NCBI RefSeq assembly: GCF_963921235.1
Contig: NC_086109.1
Span: 34,598,001 to 34,662,000 of the forward strand
Source of the DNA: Mobula hypostoma
Lineage: Eukaryota
DNA length: 64,000 nucleotides
Reading direction: 5' to 3'
A program made the position numbers and the translations under genes. The notes below the pieces were generated by a model, which made no database searches, was not told where the DNA came from, and saw only the letters and a program-made list of their open reading frames with translations. The stretch's first letter is position 1, and each line of letters begins with the position of its first letter. This document shows, in pieces, positions 1 to 12,837 of this stretch.

Positions 1-574
1 GCACAGCATTTTGTGTGTCTTGCTCTGGACTTCCTGCATCTGCAGAATCTCTTGTATTTGCATACAAAAAGGATGTTATTTTTGGCTGACAAGTCCAAAT
101 CATGATCCCAAAATAAGGGACAGGGCAAATAGTACTGAGGTAAGGAAATGTATGTATTTACCTGTGTGGGACAGAGCATTTGGAATTCTCTAGCTTGGAG
201 GGCAGTGGAGACTTGTTTATTGACTGAACTTAGAACTAAGATTATTAGTTTCTGGATATTAGAGTTCTCCCCTGACCGGGAAGGAAAACAGTGCTGTGTC
301 AAGAATGGTCAACGGGGCATTCCTGTTCATTCCAAAGTATCTGTTCTTCCTATAAAAAAGCACAAAATTGAACCTATCAGTGTTCTATGTACATGTCCAT
401 TCCACAAATATACTCATCTCTCCCCGCCTTTTGTTGCAATCTTCTCATGTATTAATTCCATCACCCTACCCCAATTGCAATTCAAATAACTCAGAGTTTT
501 CTTTCTATTTGCTGGTCCATAGTGTTCACAGAAAACATAATGACTGCACGTTCTCCTATTATAACTTTCAAGTA

Positions 575-850
575 CAGTAAAATTCTGATCATCTAGCATC
601 GCTGGTTTGAAAATACTGACGTTCTGACGACTTGAGCTGAGATTCCAGAGAACGAAGCAGAGCCAGCTTCGGAGTGCTTCTTTATTTCCTGCTCTCTTTA
701 AACTCATTAGATTCACTGGAAAAATTATTGCTTTACCAGGTGACTTAAAAAAAAACCTGTGAATTAAAAGTTGTTTGGGTATTAATAGGAATAAAATTCA
801 ATGATTTTAAAATCTCCTAGACCCAAGGGTGCCAGATTAGTGAAGTTTTG
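575..850. mobile_element. Possible degenerate Tc1/mariner-type MITE
   Basis: Starts TA|CAGTAAAATTCTGATCATCTAGCA; the far end ...TGCCAGATTAGTGAAGTTTTG is a degenerate inverted copy. Confidence 0.35.
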
Positions 851-1415
851 ATACAACACTGTTTACTCAATTCTCTTGTTTTCTGTCATTTTGCCGGTTG
901 GTTCTACATTGTGTTACTTCTACATCATCTGTGCATGTTCTACAACATGAAACCTTACTGAAGGCTGTTCAGAAATATGAAGCCTTTTTGAAAATACCAA
1001 TAATTACTTTAGAAATGCTTTCTACAGGAATGTGAGAAGAATAAGATGGAGTGTAAGTCACGATGGGGGTGGGGAATGGCCATAATACATTTTAAAGCCA
1101 ACAACACATTTTATAAAAATGACAATTATATTCAACCTTATCATCCAATAGAATGTCACCAGTGTATTCAGCAGTACAGAAATGTCATATTCACCAGTAA
1201 AGGAACAGCAAATATCCAGTGGCAAGTCCACTTTATCCAGCAGTTGTTCAGCATTACTTTCAGTAGAAGTGGCAAATTATTGTCAATCTGCAGAAACACT
1301 ACTACATTCTGAAAGTTCACACAAACTTCTTTGCCATCCACCATGAATGTTGGAATAGTTTTGCTGTGTACTATTATGCTAATAATCAATTTCCTTTCAT
1401 TTCTGTTAAATTCAG

Positions 1416-1580
1416 CTCATCAACAAAATTGTGTATCTGGTCAGTTTTGTGGGCAATGGTGGGAAATTTATCATTGGATACAAGGCTATGATCATGGACA
1501 TGAAGTTCCTTTATCACATTGGATATATAATGACAAGTGTATTGGGGCTTTTTGTGCATGAATTTTTCTACAGTATCCTG
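1416..1580 (+). CDS. ITPR3: IP3 receptor type 3, internal coding exon (TM region: [55 protein letters not shown])
   Basis: ttcag| acceptor and |gtaggt donor; 165 nt, phase 0-0; translation matches the IP3R TM segment (mammalian ITPR3 LTNKIVFVVSFVGNRG...FYSIL). Upstream exons lie outside the window. Confidence 0.95.
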
Positions 1581-2722
1581 GTAGGTATATATTTATTTAT
1601 GGCTATTTCATCTAGAGATATTTTTGCAGAATAATCAAAGCACATTCTCACTTCTGTTACATTTTAGAAAGAGTTCAATTGCTGCTTATAATGTACATCC
1701 TCTAAACATTAGAAGCAAAACAAACATTTTTGTTGCAGAGAATGCAGTGTTATGTGGTACTGTATTTACTGAAGTGAGAACCTAGATTGTGCAAACTGAT
1801 TCTGCACTTCATTCACCATTGCTTATCAGCTGATTATTTTTGAAGTATTTCAGTCTAAAAGTAGGTTATAAATCAATGCTGTGATAATTTGTTAATCTAG
1901 CTATTTTAAGGTTATATTTAAAATGGAACCGGTTAAGATTAATACATTTTATTAAGATAAGTTGTGTGATTGTTGACAAGTGGTTCATCTTCCCAGTTTG
2001 TTATACGGTCAAACTGAAGAAACCCCTGACCAGAGATGGCGCCACTTGTTAACATTCCTTTTGACCATTTCACTCTAATAGTCACTATAGCTTCCAGGAT
2101 TGGAAGTAAATTATTCCTGTTTTCTAAATCCAAAAAATAAATTTCTGTTGATGGCAATTAATAAATGCCTGCAAGAAAAGAAATCTCAAGGTGGAATATG
2201 GTGATGTGTGTACTTTGATTAAAAAGAAATTACTTTGAACTTTGAATTGCGGATACCATCACACTCTGAAAGTCAGATCATGTAAGAATTGGATTATGAT
2301 TTCTCAGCCGCAATAGAAGTTTTATTTTTCTGCAACCAGTAAAAAAGAGAGGACTTTCATGCCAACAGTCTGATTATCCAAGAAAGAATGTATGATACAA
2401 ATCAGTCCTTTATTTAAATTACCTCATTAGTTATAAATTTTGGTTTACGTAAAAGTTTAGGCTTACTAGAGGTAAGATTCATGTATTTTTTGAACTCTGC
2501 ACCAGATAAATTTTGATTTTGGTTTAACAACTGTCAAAGTGAAGTGCAGAAACAATTTACGATTCAACGTTATAAAGTCCAAATTCATTCACGCATAGTT
2601 CCAGAACTGACTTGTGGGAGTTGCCGTACCAGGCTATTTTTTCAAGATTATAGCACAGAAAGGACATGATAAAAAAAAATTAACAGATCTAATCTTGTCA
2701 TTTATCTAATTCTGCATTTCAG

Positions 2723-2915
2723 CTGTTTGATTTGATCTACAGAGAAGAAACTCTGTTTAATGTCATAAAAAGTGTTACACGTAATGGCCGCTCCATCCTC
2801 TTGACGGCTGTGCTCGCTCTCATCCTCGTCTATCTTTTCTCAATCGTGGGCTTCCTCTTTTTAAAGGATGACTTCATTTTAGAAGTTGACAGATTACCAA
2901 GCACAACTTCTTCAG
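2723..2915 (+). CDS. ITPR3: ITPR3 exon ([64 protein letters not shown])
   Basis: tttcag| ... |gtacat; 193 nt, phase 0-1; the [25 protein letters not shown] signature fits ITPR3. Confidence 0.97.
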
Positions 2916-4025
2916 GTACATCTAATTTGGCACTCAACCACTTCGACACAAAGGAAACTTTTGATTTGTCACAATCATTCATTAAGGTTTTGCTCTTCCG
3001 CATTTGCCAGTTTGAAAAAGACTTAACTTTATGGACTGGCAACACAGAAAAGAGAAAACAGTCTTTTAGGATGTCCATCATCAGCTGCTCAATCCTTCAC
3101 TTGTATGCAGACTGTCTAGAGTCTTGGTCAAAGAGCCACAATAATATTTTTAATTTAGGAAAACTATACCTTGGTAAAGTAACATTAAGGTAATAATTGG
3201 GCAATTAGTAAAATTCATTTTATATTAATTTTCTTATCTGGATTTGATTAGAGAAATTGAATGTGACACCACAGAGATTAAGGGATGTTTTATGGTTAAT
3301 TCCTAAATATCTCTTTTCTTGAATCCCGGATATTGATTTATTCAGACTTTTGTCAACATTCCCCTCCCCAATGGCCAAGCATGGCTTAGTGACAGCATTT
3401 TTGCTTCTGAACCAGAAATTTCAAGTTCAAGCCTCAGCCCTGAGATCTGAACGTAGAAGTCTTGGCAAAGCAATGCAACATTAAATAAGAACTGCTTTGT
3501 CAGAGAATCTACTTTCAGGTGCCATATTAAATCAAGGCCATACTCACTCCTACATGGTGGGACCATACAGCCCTGGGGCTATTTTGAAGAAGATCAGGGT
3601 GTATTGACCAGATTTCTGATGTGTTGACTAAAATTTAAATTGCCAAAACAGATAACAGGGTCATTTTCACATTGCTGTTTGCGGAAGTTTACTCTGCACG
3701 TATTGGCCATTGTATTTCATGTGTGACACGGGTATCTGCATTTCAAAATTAAATTATTGGATATAAAAAGTGCCTGAGACATACCAAAACTATAATGTGC
3801 CAAATCAATGCAATCTTTCTTCTTTTCAAGAACTAAAATAAGGGATTTCATAAACATAAATAAAATATGTTCCAGAAAGAGGCTAGTAAAATTAGATGAT
3901 AATATTAATAACAGGAATTTTCTAACAGGAGTAAATGTGCAGAATAGGAAAGCAAAGCAGAGAGAGGTGCATAAGGCAACAGTTTTAAACAGATTATATG
4001 TGAATTGTTTTATTTTTGTTAATAG

Positions 4026-4127
4026 GTGCCTTTGAAGCCCAAGGAATTGCAGTGAAGGATTTGATTAACTCTTGTGCTGCTGATGATATTAATTGCTCTG
4101 CAGGCATCCGAGACAATATGGCAAAAG
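4026..4127 (+). CDS. ITPR3: ITPR3 luminal-loop exon (GAFEAQGIAVKDLINSCAADDINCSAGIRDNMAK)
   Basis: Pyrimidine-rich ttttgttaatag| acceptor and |gtcagc donor; 102 nt, phase 1-1, fits both neighbours. Has the two Cys (CxxxxxxC) of the variable luminal loop and an NCS sequon. Confidence 0.85.
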
Positions 4128-4509
4128 GTCAGCGTTTTCACATTCAATCCACACAAACCACATGTCAAAACATGTGCCTCATCTTACCAAAATCATAGGC
4201 CATAGCACAATAGAAGACGTACAGGATTAATTTAAGATGTTTCTTATCCCTTTACTCCAATTTCTACCCTCAAAAGTTCAAAAGAACTAAGTAGTTTCAG
4301 CGCTACTGGTAGCTCAACCAAGTGTTTTTATTTTATTGATACATGGCTGGCAAGATACTTAATTTCAATTTATTGTCCTAACTGATCTCACCTGATGCCT
4401 TTCCTTTGTATTTCCTTCAGCATTGTCCACACTTCGGAAGCTTTTTCCACTGCTGCTTTAGCATAGTCATTAGATGTGGATATGTATAGATATTCTTGTC
4501 CTGAAGTTA

Positions 4510-4866
4510 CTAACTTTCTGCCTATTATACCTTCTGGCACTTAGGGCAGGAATGAAGGTCCTCCGTCTCTGTCTGTCCTTGGCCATCTTCATACCATCGC
4601 ACACAGATGTAGAAAGATTCTTCATTGCTGTTTCTGTCACAGTTTAGTTTGACCAGTCAGGGTTGTTGGTCCTGAGCCGAACCAACCCCCAAATTTGGAG
4701 GACCGATGAAGCACTCTGAGTCTGGCCTCTACCCTTTAACCTGTTTGGCATGTGTGACGCTACCAAGAGTCAAAGCATAAAGCCCTGACTCCAGCCAGCA
4801 TAGCTCTCTGGGCCATTGAGGCACGCAAGCATCCAAACTACGACAAGGTTGTGGTCCTCTTGGAGG
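4510..4866 (-). mobile_element. SINE-like retro-insertion (probably RTE-related) with 12-bp TSD
   Basis: GTCCTGAAGTTA at 4498-4509 and 4867-4878 flanks a 357-bp GC-richer insert. The family assignment is inference. Confidence 0.65.
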
Positions 4867-6242
4867 GTCCTGAAGTTAGGGTGGTTGAAAAGTGAAGGTA
4901 TTGCTAACCAGGATGACCAGAATTAAATTCAGAGCATTTTTGGAATTACCTCAGGTAGTATATTTTAGGGACCAATAGTTTGACAATATTTAGTCAAATG
5001 CTTGCAGATTGAGAAATGAGAACTCGGAAATCAGCATCAAAACTGATCTTGAATGATAATGGAGATGAACTATTAAAGAAAGACTTGCATCTGATATATT
5101 TGTGAAAAGCTTGTATGCAATTACGTAAATGCTTAATGGACAAATGAAGCATTCTCTTTTGTGCAAAGTAAAGTCCTCTAAACAGCAATGATATGAATAT
5201 ATCTGCCCGTAGTTGTTACCACTTATTAACTGCAAAGGTTACTCCCTACTGTTTTTAGGTGGACATGTGTTGGGGAAAGGAATGCTGGAAAAGAGGTATA
5301 TGGGCCTAAATTTGTCTATAAAAATTAGCCAATGTGAGCTTAAGGATGTATAAATAAGCATGTGTGTCACTTCAAAACCAGCCAATTTAAATTCCTGTGT
5401 AAGTTCCTGAACTTGAACAACACCATTAGATATGAAATTCAGTAAGGATGGCACTTTGCTGATGTATGGGAAGGTAGCTTTGGTATTCCATTCAGCATTA
5501 TGTGAATGCTAGCATTAAATCAATTGGAATGAATTGTTGGTTTTGACAGTGAAATTAAATTGATTGGAAAATATTGACTTCTGAGTTCAGATGGTATGGA
5601 TCATCTGACAGGATGCAGTTCTTCTCTGAAACTTCTCTGTTTGCTAGTGACTAATGTAAGCCAAACAATAATGAAAAGAGACAAGGTGTTTTTTAGCTGA
5701 GCATGGGATTATCAGTGACTGTAAGAGTGTAGTGGTTACATTAGTGCCCTAGTATCCAGAAGTCCTGACAACTGTTCCACATTTGAATCCCATTGTGGCA
5801 GCTGGGGAATTTAAATTCAGGTTAATAAACAATCAACAATGGTAGCCATGAAACTATTGAATTGTTGTAAAAACCCATTTGGTTCATAAGCTTCCTTTTG
5901 GGAAGGAAATTTTGCTTCTGTGTGATTCCAGAACAACCAACGTACTTGATTTTCTCATAGCTCCATGGGCAATTAGGGCGAGACCGAACATGTCATCATT
6001 ACCATCATTCTCCGTATCCTGTGTACAGTTAAACTTCTAGAGTCCTTAAACTGACCGGTCAGGTTTGTAGCATTGGCAGTAATCAAGGATAACCTGTCAT
6101 TCCAAAGTCAAAATTGAGTTTACGATCACATGGGATCTGATGCAAGAGGGATATCGGAGAACTAAAAACTGATGACTAGAGTGACACAGTAAAAGTGAAA
6201 TATCTCTGTGAAAGCATTCCATCTATTGGAAGCCTCAAATGA

Positions 6243-6520
6243 TTATAGAACATGGAACATTACAACACAGTACAGGCCTATGGCACATGATGTTGTGCCT
6301 AGCTTTTAACCTACTTTAAGATCAATCTAACCTTCACTCTTACGTAGCCCTCTTTTCATCTATCACCCACGTGCCTATCTAAGAATTTTTTACAAGCCCC
6401 TAATGTACCTGCCTCTACCATCACCTTGGTAGGGCATTCCACACACTCGCCACTCTCTAAAAACACTTACTTCTGACATCCTCCCTTGTATTTCTTCCAG
6501 TCACTTTAAATTATCATAAA
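6243..6520 (-). mobile_element. CR1 LINE 3' fragment
   Basis: ATAGAACATGGAACA tail followed by a CR1-type 3' end similar to 19905-20160. Confidence 0.6.
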
Positions 6521-6633
6521 ATTTTCATAAAAAGTTGTCTTGAGAATAATTGGATGGAGTGTACAGTTGCAATTCTCAAGGAGTGCTGAAGGCCAGGTCT
6601 AATTTACTTCTGCTCCTTCTTCTGTCAATACAG

Positions 6634-6758
6634 ATGAGGAAGAGAGTGACAAAGAACGTGCCTGTGACACTCTTTTGATGTGTATAGTAACAGTATTGAA
6701 TCATGGTCTGTGTAATGGAGGTGGTGTTGGAGATATACTTAGGCAGCCTTCAAAAGAT
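6634..6758 (+). CDS. ITPR3: ITPR3 pore-helix/selectivity-filter exon ([42 protein letters not shown])
   Basis: aatacag| ... |gtgagt; 125 nt, phase 1-0; contains the GGGVGD filter. Confidence 0.97.
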
Positions 6759-7268
6759 GTGAGTAAATCTTCATTTCATAAAGAGACAGATGGAAATATT
6801 AATCTCTTGTATATGCAGTTTAAAGTTTAAAATCTTGCATAATACCACAATACAATAGTTTGCTGTCATACAAAGCAATGCCAGGATTTATGGGTTGTAT
6901 CATGACTACTTTAGGGAACCTCTCAACAGCTGCCTCTTTGTAAGTACCTTTCACTCTTTTTCACATTATTTCAATATTATTATAACAAGAATGACTGAAA
7001 TATAAAACTGTATGGGCTTTTCTGTTTCTCTACACTTCCTATAATTGTTTTAAAAAATACATATAAATTAGGATATACGTTAAGAAAAACAACATCAATG
7101 TGTATGAAGCAAAGTAAAAGTTAGATTTTTCTTCAGCTCCTGACCATTTCTGTTTTAAAGCTTGTTGAAAGTAATCGCTCCCAATGTCTACCTTAAGGAT
7201 TTCCATGTCAGCTTCCATTTCCTTTTGCAAGAGGATTGAATTGTAAACTAGTTGCAAGGCAATATTAG

Positions 7269-7986
7269 TGTAGCCCCCTGGTAAGCCTCAGGCTCGCTTA
7301 GCATGTTTTCATCCAGGGGGGCAGCCTTCGGCCCCGCCAAACTGGGTAATCAAGTTGTTGTAAATGCTGTGTGAAGTACCCCACCACGCGAAATAAAAGA
7401 CAGTACACCATATGCAATTAAATGATTACACTTTATAAGTATTTCTTGGTGATGGGTTAGTAGAAACAAATACAATAAAGGCGCCAAGTCAGTAAGTCTA
7501 TCAGTTCTGTGCACAAATAATTTGCTGGAGCTCTTACAGAACCGGGTCTCCCTTTCCTTCAGTTGATGTCCTCTGAACTCCACTGACCCCCGAATGGGAC
7601 CACCCTCAGGGGTCGACCAAACGCTCCACACGGGTCTGTCCTCGTCTCCTCTCCTTGCCGAAGACCCTGGGCCTCGGACTCCCACTTGGGGTCCGTTCCG
7701 TCGCCCAGTTTACAGCATCTCTCTCATCACATCTCCTCTCTCTGTCCCCATCGTGCCTTCTCCACAAAAGCCCGTGAAAACAATAGCTTACAGACACACA
7801 AGAAAGAATAACATCTATCCCAATTGGTTAGCAAATGAATACAATTCTCATTATCAGTAATTATAACCCAAACAAGCTGCTACCGTTAACTCAGCAGTTA
7901 AAATTACAGAGAAGCCATTTTATTATAACATAACAAAGAAGCCATTTTATTAGCCTTAGCAGTAACATAAAAGAAGAAACCCTACA
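7269..7986. mobile_element. Solo LTR (718 bp)
   Basis: TGTAG...CTACA inverted termini; 4-bp TSD TTAG (7265-7268 and 7987-7990); internal AATAAA and short direct repeats (AGAAGCCATTTTATTA twice). Confidence 0.85.
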
Positions 7987-10474
7987 TTAGTGTGACTCAT
8001 GAGTCAGTAAATGTGCCAGGAGATTTAAGACCTGATATTATCCTATTTCCACTGTGAATTAGCCCTTGCTGTTCTTCAGCATCTGCTCCAGTGGCACATA
8101 AAGAAAATAGTCATACTAATGGTTCCCAGTGCACTTTAAGCATTGTTTAGATTTGCAATTCTAAATAATGCATTGTGAATAGCAGTAACTTCTGCTTGGA
8201 GTTGTGTGGAACACCATGGGTTACCTTAAAAAATGCATGCGCATACTTGGAGGGATAGGATAAAGATAAAATTTGTTTCTTGTAATATTGCTTTTCATGT
8301 GGTTTAAAATCTAATTGGAGAGCAAATGGAATTGGAAAAAAAGATATCAATATCAGGATCATAAACTTCTATTTAGAAGTATCAATGCCAAAACTGAAAG
8401 AAAATATCCTTAATAATTGGCTCAAGATGTTGATTTATTTTAAGGAGACCAATCAACTAAAGGGATAAATCAGGTGATAGATACAAGCCAAGTGATCCTA
8501 AAGTAAAACAGCTGATGTGTAAGGCAGCAGATGCAGCAAATAATAATTTTTTAAAAACTGAATGGTCAGTGGGAATTTCTTTATGAAAAGGTACAGTAGA
8601 ACAAGCTAAGCAGGCGTGGAGGGTCAGGATCAGGAGTCATGGCCAGGAGGCATGAAGGACATAGTGACGAGGAGCATCCCAGTGTAATATATATAACTAT
8701 ATTTTAAAGAATTTATATATCTTGTGATATGCTTTTAGAGATATTGTTCTACCAGTCATTGCTCTTATTTGAGAGTTATGATGCTTCGTTGGTACCTCCA
8801 CCTGTTACTCAGATTACCAAAGAGCCTCTACACTGGCAAGGAGAATGGGCTGTAGGAAATTGAGGATGAGGATAGTAATCTGGTTCCAGATGGTGGAGAA
8901 TGGGATTCCCTAGATAAAGAAAGTGGTGATGTAAGGCATGGAACACAGTGGCTAGGCCAGGAAGGCCAAGAAATACAAGAGGTGTCAGCAATTTGTCCTG
9001 CGTATGGAACAAGTGGTGAAGAAAATCAACGTGATCCTGGGGATAACAAAAATAGAGGGACAGGCTGTAAACAAACAGAGGAAGATCCAAAAATGGATTG
9101 TTGGCAAGGCCCACGATGGATGAGCCTCAGAGATTTTAAAGATTCACAAGTTTGGCATGTACAACCTAAGTCCAAAGGAAGCAGTTAGTGAATATTTTGT
9201 CAGGTTGAAGACACTGGTAAAAAGATGCAATTTCCAGATCCTTTTAGATCAATGACCATGAGATCACCTAGTGTACAGGCTTGCAAAGAAAATAATTCAC
9301 TGAAAACTACTTGACAACCACACCAACATTTGCGGAAACATACAAGGTAGCCACCAGTACTGAGAGAGCACTTAAAACTGTAAAACAGGTTTGCCCAAGT
9401 CATATTTCTGAGATGCAAGCAGAACACAAGCCCAGAGAAGTGTTAATGGTGGTTTGGCCATGCGGATGCTACAAGTGGGTTTGCCAGTAAGCCAACGGGC
9501 TAATGTAGAAAGCAGAAAGATCATGTGGGTGCAAAGGCTGAAGGCTTATCTGTAGTTGTTTGGGAGACACCTGTCCTCAAAAACTATGTTAGGCTTGTAC
9601 AGTCTGTAATAGTTATGGGATAGGTCATATTGCATGGTTCAGCATGTCCCTACTATAACAGAGAAATGCTATGGAACACTCCCACTGTGGGTACTATGCA
9701 CATGGTACAATCAGAGATGTTACAATTGGGAATGTGCCTGGCATTTATTATAATATTATGAGCAGGATATGTTAGGACCTTCAAAGTCATTTTACTGATT
9801 GAGAAAGCACATTGATACTGAGCACGTTAATCTGATTTTGACTACCCATTTTGGAAGCATGTCAAATGCTTTTTACTGAGCCTAGTGTATGTTGTCAGTG
9901 GAATTACTTCTGGGGACTCAGCAGTTCATTTTTTAACACATTGGGTGTTTGACGGTTTTTGTCATATAGTTTTTTAAAACAGGTTCTATGTGAGTTTTTT
10001 TGTTTTCCTGGCTGCCTGCATGAAGGTGAATGTCAAAGTTGTTTATCGTATACATACTTTGATAATAAATGTATTTTGAACTCCGAACAACATGAGTTCA
10101 ATTGTTTCTCAGAGTGGTAGGCCAGGAGTGTGATCACAGGCTTAGATCAATTTAGTTACTTGCATTTCGGGACGATGGTTGAAAGAATGATTGCTTTGGA
10201 AGATAGAGAAATCTAGGGAGTACTAGTAAAATTTATGATTGATTAAATTTAAAACCTCGTAAATGATCAGTTAACCGTATAGTTTCAGACGAGTAAATAG
10301 TTTATTGCTGGTGTGGTTAATGCATGCCGATAGTTGATGTTTTCTGTGGGTTTACTTCTTTTACAAGGAAGCAATATAGTATACATGAGTGTAATTTTGC
10401 ATGTGTTTTTTAAACTGACTTTTGATAGATTGCACTAGTCATCACTTTTACTTGAGAACTGTGCCTTCAGTAAA

Positions 10475-11050
10475 ATAACACACACACACAATGCTGGAGG
10501 AACTCAGAAGGTGCAGCAGAATCAATGGAAAAGAGTAAACAGCCAATGTTTCAGGCTGAGACCCTTCATCAGGACTGGAAAGGAAGAGAAGTCCAAGTAA
10601 GAAGGTGGGGGGAGGGGAGGAAGAAGTACAAGGAGGCAGGCGATAGGTGAAACTGGGAGAGCGAGAGGGGTGAAGTAAAGATCTGGGAAGTTGGTTAGAG
10701 AAAGAGATAAACGGCTGGAGAAGGAAGAATCTAATGGAAGAAGACAGAAGTCCATGGAAGAAAGGGAAAGGGGAGGAGCACCCGAGGGAGGTGATGGGCA
10801 GGTAAGGAGAGGAAGTGAGAGAGGGAAATGGGAATGGGGAATGGTGAAGGAGAGGAGAGGGTGCCTGCATTGGAAATTCAAGGATTGATGTTTATGCCAT
10901 CAGGTTGGAGGCTGCCAAGATGGAATACAAGATATTGCTCCTTCAACCTGAGTGCAGCCTTATCCTGGCAGTAGAGGAGGCCATGGACTGACACGTCGGA
11001 ATGGGAATGGGAAGTAAAATTGAAGAGGGTGGCCACCGGGAGAAGATGTT
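10475..11050 (-). mobile_element. Penelope-like element 3' fragment with hammerhead motif
   Basis: Reverse complement matches the C-terminal end of the GIY-YIG region, pyrimidine-rich UTR and tail seen at 42030-42620. Confidence 0.85.
10540..10577 (-). ncRNA. Minimal type-I hammerhead ribozyme motif
   Basis: Minus strand reads CAGTC-CTGATGA-AGGGTCTCAGCCT-GAAAC-ATT-GGCTG: intact core boxes, stem I CAGTC/GGCTG and stem II AGG/CCT. Confidence 0.65.
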
Positions 11051-11575
11051 CTCTTGGTGGCTCTATATCTGTTATTTGTGTCTGTAAGCAACCAAACGAA
11101 AGAACCTACAGGCACTGCAGTCAGCAGGCAGAGAAGGAGAGGTTGCAGAATCAAATGTGACATAATTGCAGGGGGGAAAAGAACAGACTTAGATGATGAA
11201 AAGGAACTTGTGAAACTGTGGTAGCTCAAATATGGAAGGTAGATACACTGTGATGGAATTCCAGATGGGAGAGATTAATTTGAAACGTGTAGAAACTATG
11301 TAATGAATAATTGAATCACGTAAGAAATATCAGCTTACAAAGTAAAGAATGCACAAAAATAGTCGAATTCATTCTGTACTAAAGATTGGACACACTTGAT
11401 TGGAAAGTACTTCACAATGCATAACAAGTGAACAATAAAATTCATGTGAAGTTTTCAAAACCTTTCCTGGCAAGCTCCCTGAACAATTATTAATTTTTGT
11501 AATACTTATTCAAATTATATCTGTAAAAATGTAGCAAGTGATTAACTGCACCCTACACTGTTTGATTTATTCCAG

Positions 11576-11741
11576 GAGGCACTGTTTCCCGCACGTGTGA
11601 TCTTTGATCTGCTCTTTTTCTTCATTGTTATCATCATTGTGCTCAACCTGATCTTTGGGGTTATCATTGACACATTTGCTGATTTGAGAAGTGAGAAACA
11701 AAAGAAAGAAGAAACCCTCAGGTCGACCTGCTTTATTTGTG
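11576..11741 (+). CDS. ITPR3: ITPR3 S6/gate exon ([55 protein letters not shown])
   Basis: ttccag| ... |gtatgt; 166 nt, phase 0-1; [12 protein letters not shown] and CFIC motifs. Confidence 0.97.
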
Positions 11742-11865
11742 GTATGTACCGCTGCAAATACTTGTTCAAGTAAAATCAAAGCAATCCATAGGCAATTAAC
11801 TTTTAATATTGAAAGTAACATGTAATGCCTAGTCCTTTGGTGCAACGAAGCACCTTCCAACAACG

Positions 11866-12837
11866 TACTTTACACTTTATTGTCACCAAACAATTGGTAC
11901 TAGAACGTACAATCATCACAGCGATATTTGACTCTGCGCTTCCCACTCCCTGGATTACAAATATTAAATATTAAAAATATTTAAAATAGTAAAAATTAGT
12001 AAATATTAAAAATTTAAATTATAAATCATAAATAGAAAATAGAAAAATGGGAAGTAAGGTAGTGCAAAAAAAACGAGAGGCAGGTCTGGATATTTGGAGG
12101 GTATGGCCCAGAACCGGGTCAGGATCCATTCAGCAGTCTTATCACAGTTGGAAAGAAGCTGTTCCCAAATCTGGCCGTATGAGTCTTCAAGCTCCTGAGC
12201 CTTCTCCTGGAGGGAAGAGGGACAAAAAGTATGTTGGCTGAGTGGGTCGTGTCCTTGATTATCCTGGCAGCACTGCTCTGACAGCGTGCGGTGTAAAGTG
12301 AGTCCAAGGACGGAAGATTGGTTTGTGTGATGTGCTGCGCCGTGTTCATGATCTTCTGCAGCTTCTTTTGGTCTTGGACAGGACAACTTCCATACCAGGT
12401 TGTGATGCACCCTAGAAGAATGCTTTCTACGGTGCATCTATAAAAATTAGTGAGGGTTTTAGGGGACAGGCCAAATTTCTTTTGTTTTCTCAGGAAGTAA
12501 AGGCGCTGGTGGGACTTCTTGGCAGTTAACTCTGCTTGGTTGGACCAAGTCAGGTCATTTGTGATATTGACCCCGAGGAACTTAAAGCTTTTGACCTGTT
12601 CCACTTGCGCACCACAGATGTAAATTGGGTTGTGCGGTCCACTACTCCTTCTGAAGTCAACAACCAATTCCTTTGTCTTGCTGACATTGAGTGATAGGTT
12701 ATTGCCTTGGCACCATGCCACCAGGTTCTTAATTTCCTGTCTGTACTCAAACTCATCATTACCCGAGATACGGCCTACAATTGTTGTGTCATCAGCAAAC
12801 TTATATATTGAGTTTGAGGGAAACTTGGCTACACAAT
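11866..12837 (-). mobile_element. Rex1/Babar-type LINE, 5'-truncated (RT C-terminal half)
   Basis: ORF 12119..12847 with KFADDTT, LNVSKTKELVVDFRR, FKFLGV, FYRCTVESIL and NSFFP; short tandem tail. Confidence 0.85.

Noticed and set aside
2916..3193. Open frame continuing past the ITPR3 exon donor
   Set aside because: Intronic read-through with no IP3R similarity; the donor at 2916 gives the correct phase.
10448..10888. Pro/Ser/Leu-rich or Arg/Glu/Gly-rich ORFs here and at about 18100, 42200, 48400 and 62800
   Set aside because: Translations of the pyrimidine-rich PLE 3' region, which is low complexity and poor in stop codons.
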